A stretch of 64,000 nt of DNA. Origin: Muribaculum sp. Lineage in GTDB: Bacteria > Bacteroidota > Bacteroidia > Bacteroidales > Muribaculaceae. Made by a program: the position numbers and the translations under genes. The notes beneath the pieces were generated by a model. It was not told where the DNA came from. It made no database searches and saw nothing but the letters and a program-made list of their open reading frames with translations. Location of the stretch: positions 17,626 to 81,625 of the forward strand of contig JAMPGE010000001.1 in assembly GCA_023664085.1 (NCBI GenBank), in the 5' to 3' direction. Shown here one piece after another: positions 1 to 8,798 of this stretch; within the stretch, counting starts at the first letter, position 1, and every line of letters begins with the position of its first letter.

Positions 1-384
1 CTCCGCGGTTACTTCAAATACACTACCGCGCCTATCAACTATGCGTCCTCCGAATACAAATACCTGATGGATCGTCCCGACTCATGCCATATTTACGTGG
101 CCATGACAGATTGGAGCGCTCCCTATCAGATTCGCACAAACCCCAAAAACCGTCAGCTCTTCGACAAAAACTCTCCGGAAGTGATTGCTTACGGTGAAAT
201 AATCCGCGGTAACAACACCAACGGATGGCAGGAATTCACGATCGAACTCGATTACCGTTCCACCTCGAGAGTGCCGCGCTATCTGCAGATCACCTGCGCG
301 GCGTCCAAATACGGCGACTTCTTCACCGGGGGCACCGGAGCAGTGCTCTTCGTGGACCAACTCTCGCTTGAATACGACTACTGA
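1..384 (+). CDS. PCMD (putative carbohydrate metabolism) domain protein, C-terminal part, 5' end outside window
   Basis: Frame is open from base 1 (LRGYFKYTTAP...) into ORF 67-384; motifs DSCHIY, W.EFTI.LDY and ASKYGDFFTGGTGAVLFVD resemble Bacteroidales PCMD proteins. Confidence 0.7.
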   Translation, partial: LRGYFKYTTAPINYASSEYKYLMDRPDSCHIYVAMTDWSAPYQIRTNPKNRQLFDKNSPEVIAYGEIIRGNNTNGWQEFTIELDYRSTSRVPRYLQITCAASKYGDFFTGGTGAVLFVDQLSLEYDY

Positions 385-396
385 CATCACTTCTAT

Positions 397-780
397 ATGG
401 ACTCCGACAAGTTTTCCTGGAAAGCACGTGGCCGATCCTTCCGCTACGCGGCAAAAGGAATCTCGACTCTGTTTAAGCACGAACACAACGCCCGAATTCA
501 TCTATGCGTGGCCATTGCCGTCATTCTCTGCGGTTTTATTCTGAGAATTTCCGTCAATGAATGGTGTCTGGTATCCATTTGTATAGGTTCTGTCCTTGCC
601 GCCGAAGGTTTCAACTCAGCCATTGAAACCCTTGCCGACAAAATATCTCCGGACTACGATCCTCTCATAGGGAAAGCAAAAGATCTCGCAGCAGGCGCAG
701 TACTCCTTACTGTCGGAGGCGTTGTGATTACCGGTCTCATCATCTTCATTCCCAAATTAACAACCTTAATCTGCCGATAA
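397..780 (+). CDS. dgkA: Diacylglycerol/undecaprenol kinase family protein
   Basis: SFRYAAKGI...EHNARIH, EGFNSAIETLAD and AKDLAAGAVL motifs of the DgkA family. Confidence 0.9.
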   Translation: MDSDKFSWKARGRSFRYAAKGISTLFKHEHNARIHLCVAIAVILCGFILRISVNEWCLVSICIGSVLAAEGFNSAIETLADKISPDYDPLIGKAKDLAAGAVLLTVGGVVITGLIIFIPKLTTLICR

Positions 781-1385
781 TGGGAAAATTTCACACCTAT
801 GTTTTAATCACTTTATCATTGATCTTCGTGGTCCACGGCTCCGTATTCGCTCAGGATATCTGGTATCCTGCCGACTACAGGCCGCCCTTCTATGAACCGT
901 CCCACTCACAGAAGGCGGTGGCAACATCCACCGACATTATCACTCTGGCACTCCCAGTAGCCACACTCACCGGTGTGATTATAGCCCGGGACTGGGAAGG
1001 CCTGAAACAGGGAGCCTTTACAGCCGCCGCCACTGCCGGCGCCACACTTATCCTTAAATACACCGTAAACGAGACACGCCCCAACTTTAAAAACAGCCAT
1101 TCATTCCCCTCGGGGCACACCTCCACTTCTTTTGCCACAGCCGCCTTCCTCCAGCGTCGCTACGGATGGAAATTAGGTGCCCCCGCCTATGCACTCGCCA
1201 CTTATGTGGCCTGGGGTAGGGTCTACAGCAAAAATCATCACTGGTGGGACGTGGTGGCCGGGGCCGCCATCGGAGCCGGAAGCGCCTACATTTTCACCCG
1301 TCCATGGGCCCGGCAGCACGATTTGGCCATAGCTCCTTGGTCTGACGGCACATCTCATGGATTGGCAGCTTCTTTCTCATTCTGA
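780..1385 (+). CDS. PAP2-family phosphatase with signal peptide
   Basis: C1 K....ETRP, C2 SFPSGH and C3 RVYSKNHHWWDV motifs; TAATG overlap with the dgkA stop. Confidence 0.9.
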   Translation: MGKFHTYVLITLSLIFVVHGSVFAQDIWYPADYRPPFYEPSHSQKAVATSTDIITLALPVATLTGVIIARDWEGLKQGAFTAAATAGATLILKYTVNETRPNFKNSHSFPSGHTSTSFATAAFLQRRYGWKLGAPAYALATYVAWGRVYSKNHHWWDVVAGAAIGAGSAYIFTRPWARQHDLAIAPWSDGTSHGLAASFSF

Positions 1386-1571
1386 GAGGGCTCGGCTCCA
1401 TTTTTACCCTTCCCACACGAAAAAATCACACAATCTTCACCACCTGTTTTTGCAAGCTTTGATTTTTTTTGTAACTTTACGCCAATCTATAGCCTATAGT
1501 CCGTCCCATACAATATTCAGCTTTTGGGGCGAACCTGACCTTAATCATCTTCTATCTTCCCCAAGATCAAA

Positions 1572-2564
1572 ATGAACAAAGTTCTTGACCAAAACTCAAA
1601 ACAAAATTTAAAGGAAAAGATTCGCGGATGTCTATTCGGATATGCCATAGGCGATGCCCTCGGCAAAGGCACCGAATTAATGACCGCTCAGGAAGCGGCC
1701 GTGAAATATCCCTCCGGACTTCATCACTACAATCAAATCATTCGCGATGCCCACCGCTCCCATTGGGCAAAAAACGACTTCACGCTCGACACTGAATGGT
1801 TGCTTATCCTTCTTGACTCAATCAAAGAAGACGGTTACTCTTCTCCCGAAGGATATGCCCGCAAGCTCCGCCAGATGTATGAAGCAAACCCCTTCGATAT
1901 GGAAGGCAGGTTACGTGTAGTGATTTCTCACCCCGACTTTCTTCAAAAGCCAATGGAAGTGGCCCGCAGTGCCTGGAACCGTTCCGGACGCCTCGAAGCT
2001 TACAATGAATGTCTCGGACGCGCTATGGTGCTCGGCACCTCACTCACCGACTACGCCCGTAAAGCCACCGACAATTGTAAAATCACACATTACGACCCCC
2101 GGTGCGTCACTTCAAGCGTAGTCATAGCCCACGTAGCCCACGACCTGCTTTGGGGAAACGGAGACATTTCTATCGATTTCCTTATCGAAATATGCAAGTC
2201 GCTCGATGAAAGAGCTGTTCCCTTTGTAGACACGGCGGCCAACGGCTCTCTCCAAGACTTCGATCTTGACGATCGCGACACTTACTGGTGGGCACGCAAA
2301 ACCATGGGTAGCGCCCTGTGGTGTCTGTGGCATTGCTCCTCCCCCCTTGAAGCGCTCGATATGCTCGTGGCCGAAGCCGGTGACGCCGACACCAACGCAG
2401 CCCTCGCCCTCGGACTGCTCGGCCTGAAAATGGGCTACAAAGCCCTCCCTGCCGATCTGGCCGAAGACCTCCTGCAATATGACAGGCTCGAAAATGCCGC
2501 TTCCCTTTGGGTGAATCTCCTCGAAGAATTCGCTTCCAAAGAATACGACATGAACTTAAAATAA
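1572..2564 (+). CDS. ADP-ribosylglycohydrolase family protein
   Basis: RGCLFGYAIGDALG, THYDPRC and GDADTNAA motifs. Confidence 0.88.
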   Translation: MNKVLDQNSKQNLKEKIRGCLFGYAIGDALGKGTELMTAQEAAVKYPSGLHHYNQIIRDAHRSHWAKNDFTLDTEWLLILLDSIKEDGYSSPEGYARKLRQMYEANPFDMEGRLRVVISHPDFLQKPMEVARSAWNRSGRLEAYNECLGRAMVLGTSLTDYARKATDNCKITHYDPRCVTSSVVIAHVAHDLLWGNGDISIDFLIEICKSLDERAVPFVDTAANGSLQDFDLDDRDTYWWARKTMGSALWCLWHCSSPLEALDMLVAEAGDADTNAALALGLLGLKMGYKALPADLAEDLLQYDRLENAASLWVNLLEEFASKEYDMNLK

Positions 2565-2612
2565 AAAATCAAATCCCCTCGGGGAGACTCCAGCTTCCAG
2601 TAAATAATCTTG

Positions 2613-3512
2613 ATGAAGAAAGCCAATCCTTGGATCGAAGCCATGAGACTTCGTACATTGCCCGTGAGCGTTGCGGGCGTGTTTGCCGGGTGCGCCTGCT
2701 CTCTGCTCTGCGGCCATTTCCGATGGCTTCCGGCCATTATCTGTCTCCTTTTCGCCGTTGCCGCCCAGATAGTGTCAAACTTCGCCAACGAATACTACGA
2801 TTTCAAAAACGGCCTCGACAAAAAAGGACGCGAAGGATTCCGCAGAGGGGTCACCGAGGGTGACATCAACCCGCTCTCCATGAAGCGTACGATGTTTGCG
2901 TTGCTCGCAGCCGACTGTCTTCTCGGATGCTCCCTCATTCTTTTCGGCGGGTGGATACTGCTGCCCGTGGGCATAGCCATCGCCCTGTTTGCACTCGCCT
3001 ACAGCACAGGCCCCTATCCTCTCTCCCACCATGGGCTCGGAGACTTGGCAGTGATTATCTTCTTCGGCATTGTCCCCGTGGTCTTCACCAACTTCGTGCA
3101 GCAACCTTCCCGGCCCCACTGGGCCCTCACATCCATCGTAGGAGCGGCAGTAGGAATGCTGGCCGCAAATGTGCTTATCGTAAACAATTACAGAGACTGC
3201 GACGATGACAAGGCCGTGGGCAAACACACCACCGTAGTCATCTTCGGACGAAAAACAATGGCTGCCGTATACCTAATATTCGCCATACTGGGATGTGTAA
3301 TCCTCGCCAACGTCCTCACTATGGCTATCTCTCCACTCTGGGGATATGCCATGGCTGTGCCAGCCGTTATCTACGTGATGCTTTGGAAAAAAATATGCTC
3401 TCTCCGGGGAGCGGCGCTCAACGTGATGCTCAAACGCACTGCCGTCACCATGCTCGGTGTCTGTCTGTATCTGCTGATTGCAGCCGTTATCAACAACGGA
3501 GCACTCGCCTGA
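2613..3512 (+). CDS. menA: 1,4-dihydroxy-2-naphthoate octaprenyltransferase
   Basis: W..AMRLRTLP, NFANEYYDF..GLD and NNYRD..DD...GKHT UbiA-family motifs; ATG at 2613. Confidence 0.93.
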   Translation: MKKANPWIEAMRLRTLPVSVAGVFAGCACSLLCGHFRWLPAIICLLFAVAAQIVSNFANEYYDFKNGLDKKGREGFRRGVTEGDINPLSMKRTMFALLAADCLLGCSLILFGGWILLPVGIAIALFALAYSTGPYPLSHHGLGDLAVIIFFGIVPVVFTNFVQQPSRPHWALTSIVGAAVGMLAANVLIVNNYRDCDDDKAVGKHTTVVIFGRKTMAAVYLIFAILGCVILANVLTMAISPLWGYAMAVPAVIYVMLWKKICSLRGAALNVMLKRTAVTMLGVCLYLLIAAVINNGALA

Positions 3513-3607
3513 CGATAACTTTTCCCCTATTTTCAGATAATAAACGCACAATTCCTTTAGTTCATATTACATAGACATTCTCATTAAGTCCCCTTCTCAT
3601 CAAACAT

Positions 3608-5191
3608 ATGGCAGACAACCGATATAACAAACGCCCCAACCACAACCCCGTGCCACAAGTGGACACTCTCGGCAAACTCCCCCCGAGAGACATTGACCTT
3701 GAAAACGTGGTGATCGGTGCACTTATGGTGGAGGAAGACGCATATATGAACGTATGCGACATTCTCGTGCCCGAAAGCTTCTACGATCCCGCTAACCGCA
3801 AGATCTATGAAGCAATATGCAATCTCGGCTTCAACCAGCAGCCGATCGACATGATCACCGTCACCGACAAACTACGTCAACTCGGTACTCTCGAAGAAGC
3901 CGGCGGCCCGGAACGCATAGCCCAGCTCACCGCCAAAGTATACTCCTCGGCAAACATCGGCTTTCACGCCCGCATCGTAGCCCAGAAATACCTTGCCCGA
4001 AGACTCATCACCTTCGCCTCTCAACTTGAGACGATGGCTTTCGACGAAAGCAACGACGTAGACGATCTGCTCCAACAGGCCGAAGGGAGTCTTTTCGAAA
4101 TCTCCCAGACCCAACTCAAGCGCGAAGTGACACAGATCGACCCCGTGCTCAACCTCGCCATGGAGCAGATCCAGAACGCTGCAAATACCTCTTCCGGACT
4201 TTCCGGCCTGCAGACAGGCTACACCGATCTGGACAAGATGACCTCCGGATGGCAAAATTCCGACCTCGTGATCATCGCCGCCCGTCCGGCTATGGGCAAA
4301 ACGGCTTTCGTACTCTCCATGGCAAAAAACATGGCTATGGACTATAATATACCCGTGGCAATTTTCACACTTGAGATGGCAAACGTGCAACTCGCAAAAC
4401 GACTGATGAGCAACCTTGCCGACATTGAAGGTGAAAAAATCAAAAGCGGACAACTATCCGACGAGGAATGGGACCGCCTTAACAACGGCCTGCGCGAAGC
4501 TTACAATTCCCCCCTCTATCTCGACGAAACTCCCGGACTCAGCATCACCGAACTGCGCACAAAAGCCCGTAGGCTCGTTCGCGAAAAGGGCGTGAAACTC
4601 ATTATAATCGACTACCTCCAGCTTATGAATGCCGCCGGCATGAAACTCGGCAGCCGCGAGCAGGAAGTAAGTACAATTTCCCGATCACTCAAGGCTCTCG
4701 CAAAAGAACTCAACATCCCGGTCATAGCCCTTTCTCAGCTCAACCGAAGCACCGAATCACGCGAAGACAAACGCCCCGTGCTCTCCGACCTGCGTGAATC
4801 CGGTGCCATTGAGCAGGATGCCGACATCGTTTGCTTCATCCATCGCCCGGAATATTATACCAAATCAGGTCAGGACGCCGAAGGCAACGATATCAGAGGT
4901 ATGGCCGAACTCATTGTGGCAAAGCACCGAAGCGGAGCCGTGGGCGACGTCAAACTTCGATTCGTAAACCGATTCGCCCGATTCGAAAACTGGGACGAAG
5001 GATACCGGGCCGTGCAGCAAGCCGTAAAAGACGCTCCATTAGAGCGATTCCAAAGCCGTATGGCCACCGAGAAACGCAACGCGTCCGGGGCCGCTCCCGC
5101 TCCCACCTTCGCACCCCCTGCCGACACTTTCGGCGGTGCCCCGGCCCCCGACATCTTCCCGGGTCCCGGCGAAGACAACATCCCCTTCTGA
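3608..5191 (+). CDS. dnaB: Replicative DNA helicase
   Basis: AARPAMGKT Walker A, IIIDYLQL, LSQLNR and DLRESGAIEQDAD. Confidence 0.98.
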   Translation: MADNRYNKRPNHNPVPQVDTLGKLPPRDIDLENVVIGALMVEEDAYMNVCDILVPESFYDPANRKIYEAICNLGFNQQPIDMITVTDKLRQLGTLEEAGGPERIAQLTAKVYSSANIGFHARIVAQKYLARRLITFASQLETMAFDESNDVDDLLQQAEGSLFEISQTQLKREVTQIDPVLNLAMEQIQNAANTSSGLSGLQTGYTDLDKMTSGWQNSDLVIIAARPAMGKTAFVLSMAKNMAMDYNIPVAIFTLEMANVQLAKRLMSNLADIEGEKIKSGQLSDEEWDRLNNGLREAYNSPLYLDETPGLSITELRTKARRLVREKGVKLIIIDYLQLMNAAGMKLGSREQEVSTISRSLKALAKELNIPVIALSQLNRSTESREDKRPVLSDLRESGAIEQDADIVCFIHRPEYYTKSGQDAEGNDIRGMAELIVAKHRSGAVGDVKLRFVNRFARFENWDEGYRAVQQAVKDAPLERFQSRMATEKRNASGAAPAPTFAPPADTFGGAPAPDIFPGPGEDNIPF

Positions 5192-5276
5192 CCCCACACA
5201 TAAACTCATAAACGATAATCTCATATACCTTAAATTAATAAACACTTAAACTAACATACCTTAAACTAATAAACCT

Positions 5277-5306
5277 ATCAGGGTTCGGCCTTTGCCGAAC
5301 CCTGAT
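5277..5306. terminator. Intrinsic terminator after dnaB
   Basis: Perfect 13-bp stem ATCAGGGTTCGGC/GCCGAACCCTGAT with a 4-nt loop. Confidence 0.75.
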
Positions 5307-5384
5307 TTATAATATTTTTAAGAAAATTTGAACCACTTTCACCCTATTTGTGTTTTAGAGTTAAAATATATAAAACTTAAGGTT

Positions 5385-5642
5385 ATGGATACAAAGGAAA
5401 GACACATCAGAGAAAACGAATCCAAAGCTAAAAAGGAAGCTCTGGAAGAAAGAAATCATATGACCCCCGACGAAATCGCTCAGAGCATGCCCGCCGAAGG
5501 TAAAGAAAATCATCGCAAAAATTCCAAGAAAACCAACAGACTATGGCTATGGCTTGGAGTAATAGTCCTTGTCTTCATCATTATCTACTGGCTGTTCACT
5601 ATTGGTGTGTTTGAAAGCATCACCGGAGTGACCAACGGATAA
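5385..5642 (+). CDS. Small hypothetical membrane protein (85 aa, one C-terminal TM helix)
   Basis: ATG at 5385 after an A/T-rich leader; charged N-terminus, hydrophobic LWLWLGVIVLVFIIIYWLF segment, followed by a hairpin. Confidence 0.7.
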   Translation: MDTKERHIRENESKAKKEALEERNHMTPDEIAQSMPAEGKENHRKNSKKTNRLWLWLGVIVLVFIIIYWLFTIGVFESITGVTNG

Positions 5643-5726
5643 TTTCACCCTCTTCCATATCCGGATGCCTGCCAAGGAAGTCTTTCCCATGCATCCGGAA
5701 TAAAAAAACATATCTACTGAACCATT

Positions 5727-5734
5727 TATCTTTG
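5727..5734 (+). promoter_or_regulatory. Bacteroidetes -7 promoter element TATCTTTG in front of an ORF-free unit
   Basis: Exact match to the TAnnTTTG consensus. Confidence 0.55.
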
Positions 5735-5739
5735 CCTGA

Positions 5740-5880
5740 CGTTATATATACAGAAACAGGAAAGACATTCAACATTTATCCCAACACCGGCCATTCAAGG
5801 TCCTTATAAAGGGCGTATTTCAGATTTGAAGTTGACCGGGAAGTCCTCTGGAGCCTCTGGCACTCGAGGACTTTTTTTTG
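5740..5880 (+). ncRNA. Candidate ~140-nt small RNA
   Basis: Upstream promoter element, no ATG in the unit, nested stems, and terminator AAGTCCTC/GAGGACTT plus T-tract. Confidence 0.55.
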
Positions 5881-6128
5881 CCCGCTTATTGAATTTACAT
5901 AAGAATCTTAGGGGCGTGGCATGTCACGCCCGGGCCAAGGATGCCAAATCCAGCCTTAGACCCCGTCTCATAATGAAGTTTAGACAACTTCAATAAAAGC
6001 AACCCAAGGTCGCCGCCCCTAAAGCTGATTTTTTATGAGATAGGGTCTTGGACAAAAGCAAATCAGCCGGACAGTCCCTGAAGGGCAATCCGGCTGATTT
6101 GTCTGTAAACGCGGTAACAGAAGGCAGC

Positions 6129-6284
6129 TTACTTCCCGGCGATATGATCGGATACGGAAAGGGAGGCGCGGCCTTTGGCACGACGGCGGGACAATACCTT
6201 GCGGCCGTCTTTGGTAGCCATTCTCTCGCGGAAGCCATGTTTGTTTACTCTTCTGCGATTGGAGGGTTGGAACGTTCTTTTCAT
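6129..6284 (-). CDS. rpmH: 50S ribosomal protein L34
   Basis: Manual translation [51 protein letters not shown] (below the ORF-track cutoff). Confidence 0.97.
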   Translation of the reverse strand: MKRTFQPSNRRRVNKHGFRERMATKDGRKVLSRRRAKGRASLSVSDHIAGK

Positions 6285-6371
6285 TTTTATAAAGCTTTAT
6301 ATTGTTTTCGTTATTACGCTTTTATCCACGGCACGCAATCCCATGGCGGGGTGGTGCTCCGCTTCGGACTG

Positions 6372-6438
6372 CAAAATTACAAAATCTTTTCCTTTTCACC
6401 AAAATATTTTGTAAAAAGTGGATTTATTATTAATTTTG
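6372..6438. promoter_or_regulatory. Divergent -7 promoter elements for rpmH (6372-6379, minus) and efp (6431-6438, plus)
   Basis: TAATTTTG on each strand. Confidence 0.65.
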
Positions 6439-6488
6439 CGATACTTTTTAACGTTGATTTTTCAAATCTATAAATATTCCCAGCGATT

Positions 6489-7055
6489 ATGATGAACGCT
6501 CAAGACATCAAGAACGGTTCCTGCATCCGTCTTGACAACCGTCTTTACTTCTGTGTGGAATTCCTCCACGTTAAGCCCGGAAAAGGCAACACTTTCATGC
6601 GTACTAAACTCAAAGACGTCGTTGACGGTCGCGTGATTGAACGCCGCTTCAACATCGGTGAAAAACTCGAAGACGTTCGTGTGGAACGCCGCCCGTACCA
6701 ATATCTTTACGCCGATGGTGGCGACGACATCTTCATGAACCAAGAGACCTTCGATCAGGTGCCCATCAATAAGGAACTCGTCACCGGCGCTGCCTTCATG
6801 AAGGAAGGAGACGTGGTGGAAGTGGTTTCCGACGCAAGCACCAACACAGTGCTCTACGCTGAAATGCCAATCAAGACCGTGCTCAAGATCACTTACACAG
6901 AGCCCGGACTCAAAGGAGACACCGCAACCAACACCCTCAAACCCGCCACTGTAGAGACCGGTGCCACCGTGAAAGTCCCCCTCTTCATCAACGAAGGCGA
7001 ACTCATCGAAGTGGATACCCGCGACGGCAGCTACGTAGGCCGCGTAAAAGCATAA
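6489..7055 (+). CDS. efp: Elongation factor P
   Basis: [27 protein letters not shown] and VPLFINEGE. Confidence 0.98.
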   Translation: MMNAQDIKNGSCIRLDNRLYFCVEFLHVKPGKGNTFMRTKLKDVVDGRVIERRFNIGEKLEDVRVERRPYQYLYADGGDDIFMNQETFDQVPINKELVTGAAFMKEGDVVEVVSDASTNTVLYAEMPIKTVLKITYTEPGLKGDTATNTLKPATVETGATVKVPLFINEGELIEVDTRDGSYVGRVKA

Positions 7056-7071
7056 AACTCACTCCCCGGAT

Positions 7072-8088
7072 ATGGATTCCGCCCAAGCCAGCAACCTCAA
7101 ATTTTCAATTATTGTGCCGGTCTTCAATCGGCCCGATGAAATCGAAGACCTCCTTCTGAGTCTTTCCAGACAAACGGACACTGGCTTCGAAGTGGTAATC
7201 GTAGAAGACGGCTCCACGGTAGATTGCCGCAAACAATGCGACGATTTCGCCGACAGGGTGGATATCCGCTACTTTTTCAAAGACAACGAAGGGCGCAGCA
7301 TCGCCCGCAACTATGGTATGGACAGAGCCGGCGGAGACTTTTTCGTCTTCGTCGACTCTGACTGTATTTTACCCCCCGACTACATCGCCAACCTTAGAAG
7401 CTGCCTCGCTCGCACCGGTGCCGACTGCTTCGGCGGTCCCGACTCCGCCCACGAATCCTTCACCGATACCCAAAAGGCCATAAACTATGCCATGACCTCT
7501 TTCCTCACCACAGGAGGAATCCGCGGCGGTAAGGTCCAGATGGAGAAATTCGTGCCACGCACCTTCAATATGGGCTACACCCGGGAGGTTTACGAAAAAG
7601 CCGGTGGCTTTCGCGAAATGTTTTCCGAAGACATCGACATGAGCACACGCGTAAGGTTGGCGGGATTCTCGCCGATGCTCTTCCGCAATGTGGTCGTATT
7701 TCACAAAAGGCGTGGCAATCTCGCCAAATTCTGGCGACAGGTCCACGTTTTCGGAATGTCGAGAATCACTCTTCAGCTTCTTTACCCCGGATCAATGAAG
7801 CTCGTGCACTGGCTTCCCGCGGTTTTCGTAATGGGAGCCACGGCCCTCATCATTGCTTCGTTTTTCTGGAAATGGGCATTGATTCCTCTCCTTGTATACA
7901 TCCTCGCATTATGGATCTGGGGCATCGTCAGCACCCGCAGTATCAAAATAGGCACAATGGGCGTGGCTGCCTCAATGGTGCAACTTTGCGGCTACGGCAC
8001 AGGCTTCATACGTGCCTACGTATGGAAAATCCTTCTGCGCCACGGCCGTGACGAGCAGCAGGAAATTAGAATGCGTAAAGGAAAATAG
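7072..8088 (+). CDS. Glycosyltransferase family 2
   Basis: FSIIVPVFNR, VEDGS, FVDSD and SEDID motifs; C-terminal TM helices. Confidence 0.92.
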   Translation: MDSAQASNLKFSIIVPVFNRPDEIEDLLLSLSRQTDTGFEVVIVEDGSTVDCRKQCDDFADRVDIRYFFKDNEGRSIARNYGMDRAGGDFFVFVDSDCILPPDYIANLRSCLARTGADCFGGPDSAHESFTDTQKAINYAMTSFLTTGGIRGGKVQMEKFVPRTFNMGYTREVYEKAGGFREMFSEDIDMSTRVRLAGFSPMLFRNVVVFHKRRGNLAKFWRQVHVFGMSRITLQLLYPGSMKLVHWLPAVFVMGATALIIASFFWKWALIPLLVYILALWIWGIVSTRSIKIGTMGVAASMVQLCGYGTGFIRAYVWKILLRHGRDEQQEIRMRKGK

Positions 8089-8798
8089 TGAATCACCACC
8101 CCATGAGCGACTCTCCTCTCACCGTAAAAGATTTCGATCCCTGCGACCAGCCCAGAGAGCGGGCTCTCGAATACGGTTGCAAAGCACTTGCCGCACCGGA
8201 TCTATGGGCGATTATTCTACGCGCCGGGGTGCCCGGCACTCCCATCACCACCCTTTGCCGCAACCTCATGACTGCCGCCGGAGGCAACCTTCACAACCTT
8301 GAACGCTTTCCTCGCGAACGCATGATGGAACTCCCGGGCATCGGTATCACCAAGGCCCTTCAGATCGAGGCTGTCATTGAATTGATCCACCGCTACAACA
8401 CTGAGAAAATCGATCCCAAAGAGCCGATCAGCTCCTCCCGCCAAATTTTTGAATTCGTCAAAGAAGATATCGCGAATCTTGATCACGAGGAAGTTTGGGC
8501 ACTTTTCATCAATCGGCGCAATCAGGTCATCGACAAAATGAGAGTCACTTCAGGAAGTTCGGTGGCAAGCATTTTCGACATCAAGGCCATTGTCAGGCAA
8601 GCCATTCTTGCCAAGGCCGAAGGACTTGCCATGGCCCACAATCATCCTTCCGGCAACCTGAGGCCAAGTATTCAGGACGACGATATCACCCACAAGCTTT
8701 TTGAGGCATGCAAAGTCTTTGAATTGCGTATGCTGGACCACGTTATCGTGTCGCGCGAGGGCTACTACAGTTACTTCGACCAAGGAAGGCTTCGCTGA
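8088..8798 (+). CDS. radC: RadC/JAB-domain protein
   Basis: PRERALEYG, GIGITKA HhH, and HNHPSG..PS..D plus LDHVIV JAB motif. Confidence 0.92.
   Translation: MNHHPMSDSPLTVKDFDPCDQPRERALEYGCKALAAPDLWAIILRAGVPGTPITTLCRNLMTAAGGNLHNLERFPRERMMELPGIGITKALQIEAVIELIHRYNTEKIDPKEPISSSRQIFEFVKEDIANLDHEEVWALFINRRNQVIDKMRVTSGSSVASIFDIKAIVRQAILAKAEGLAMAHNHPSGNLRPSIQDDDITHKLFEACKVFELRMLDHVIVSREGYYSYFDQGRLR

Noticed and set aside
6048-6473. 141-aa plus-strand ORF
   Set aside because: Antisense shadow of rpmH that also spans the divergent promoters
8088-8798. radC as a marker of a mobile element
   Set aside because: Full-length chromosomal type with HhH N-terminus in the efp-GT2 run; no integrase or conjugation genes
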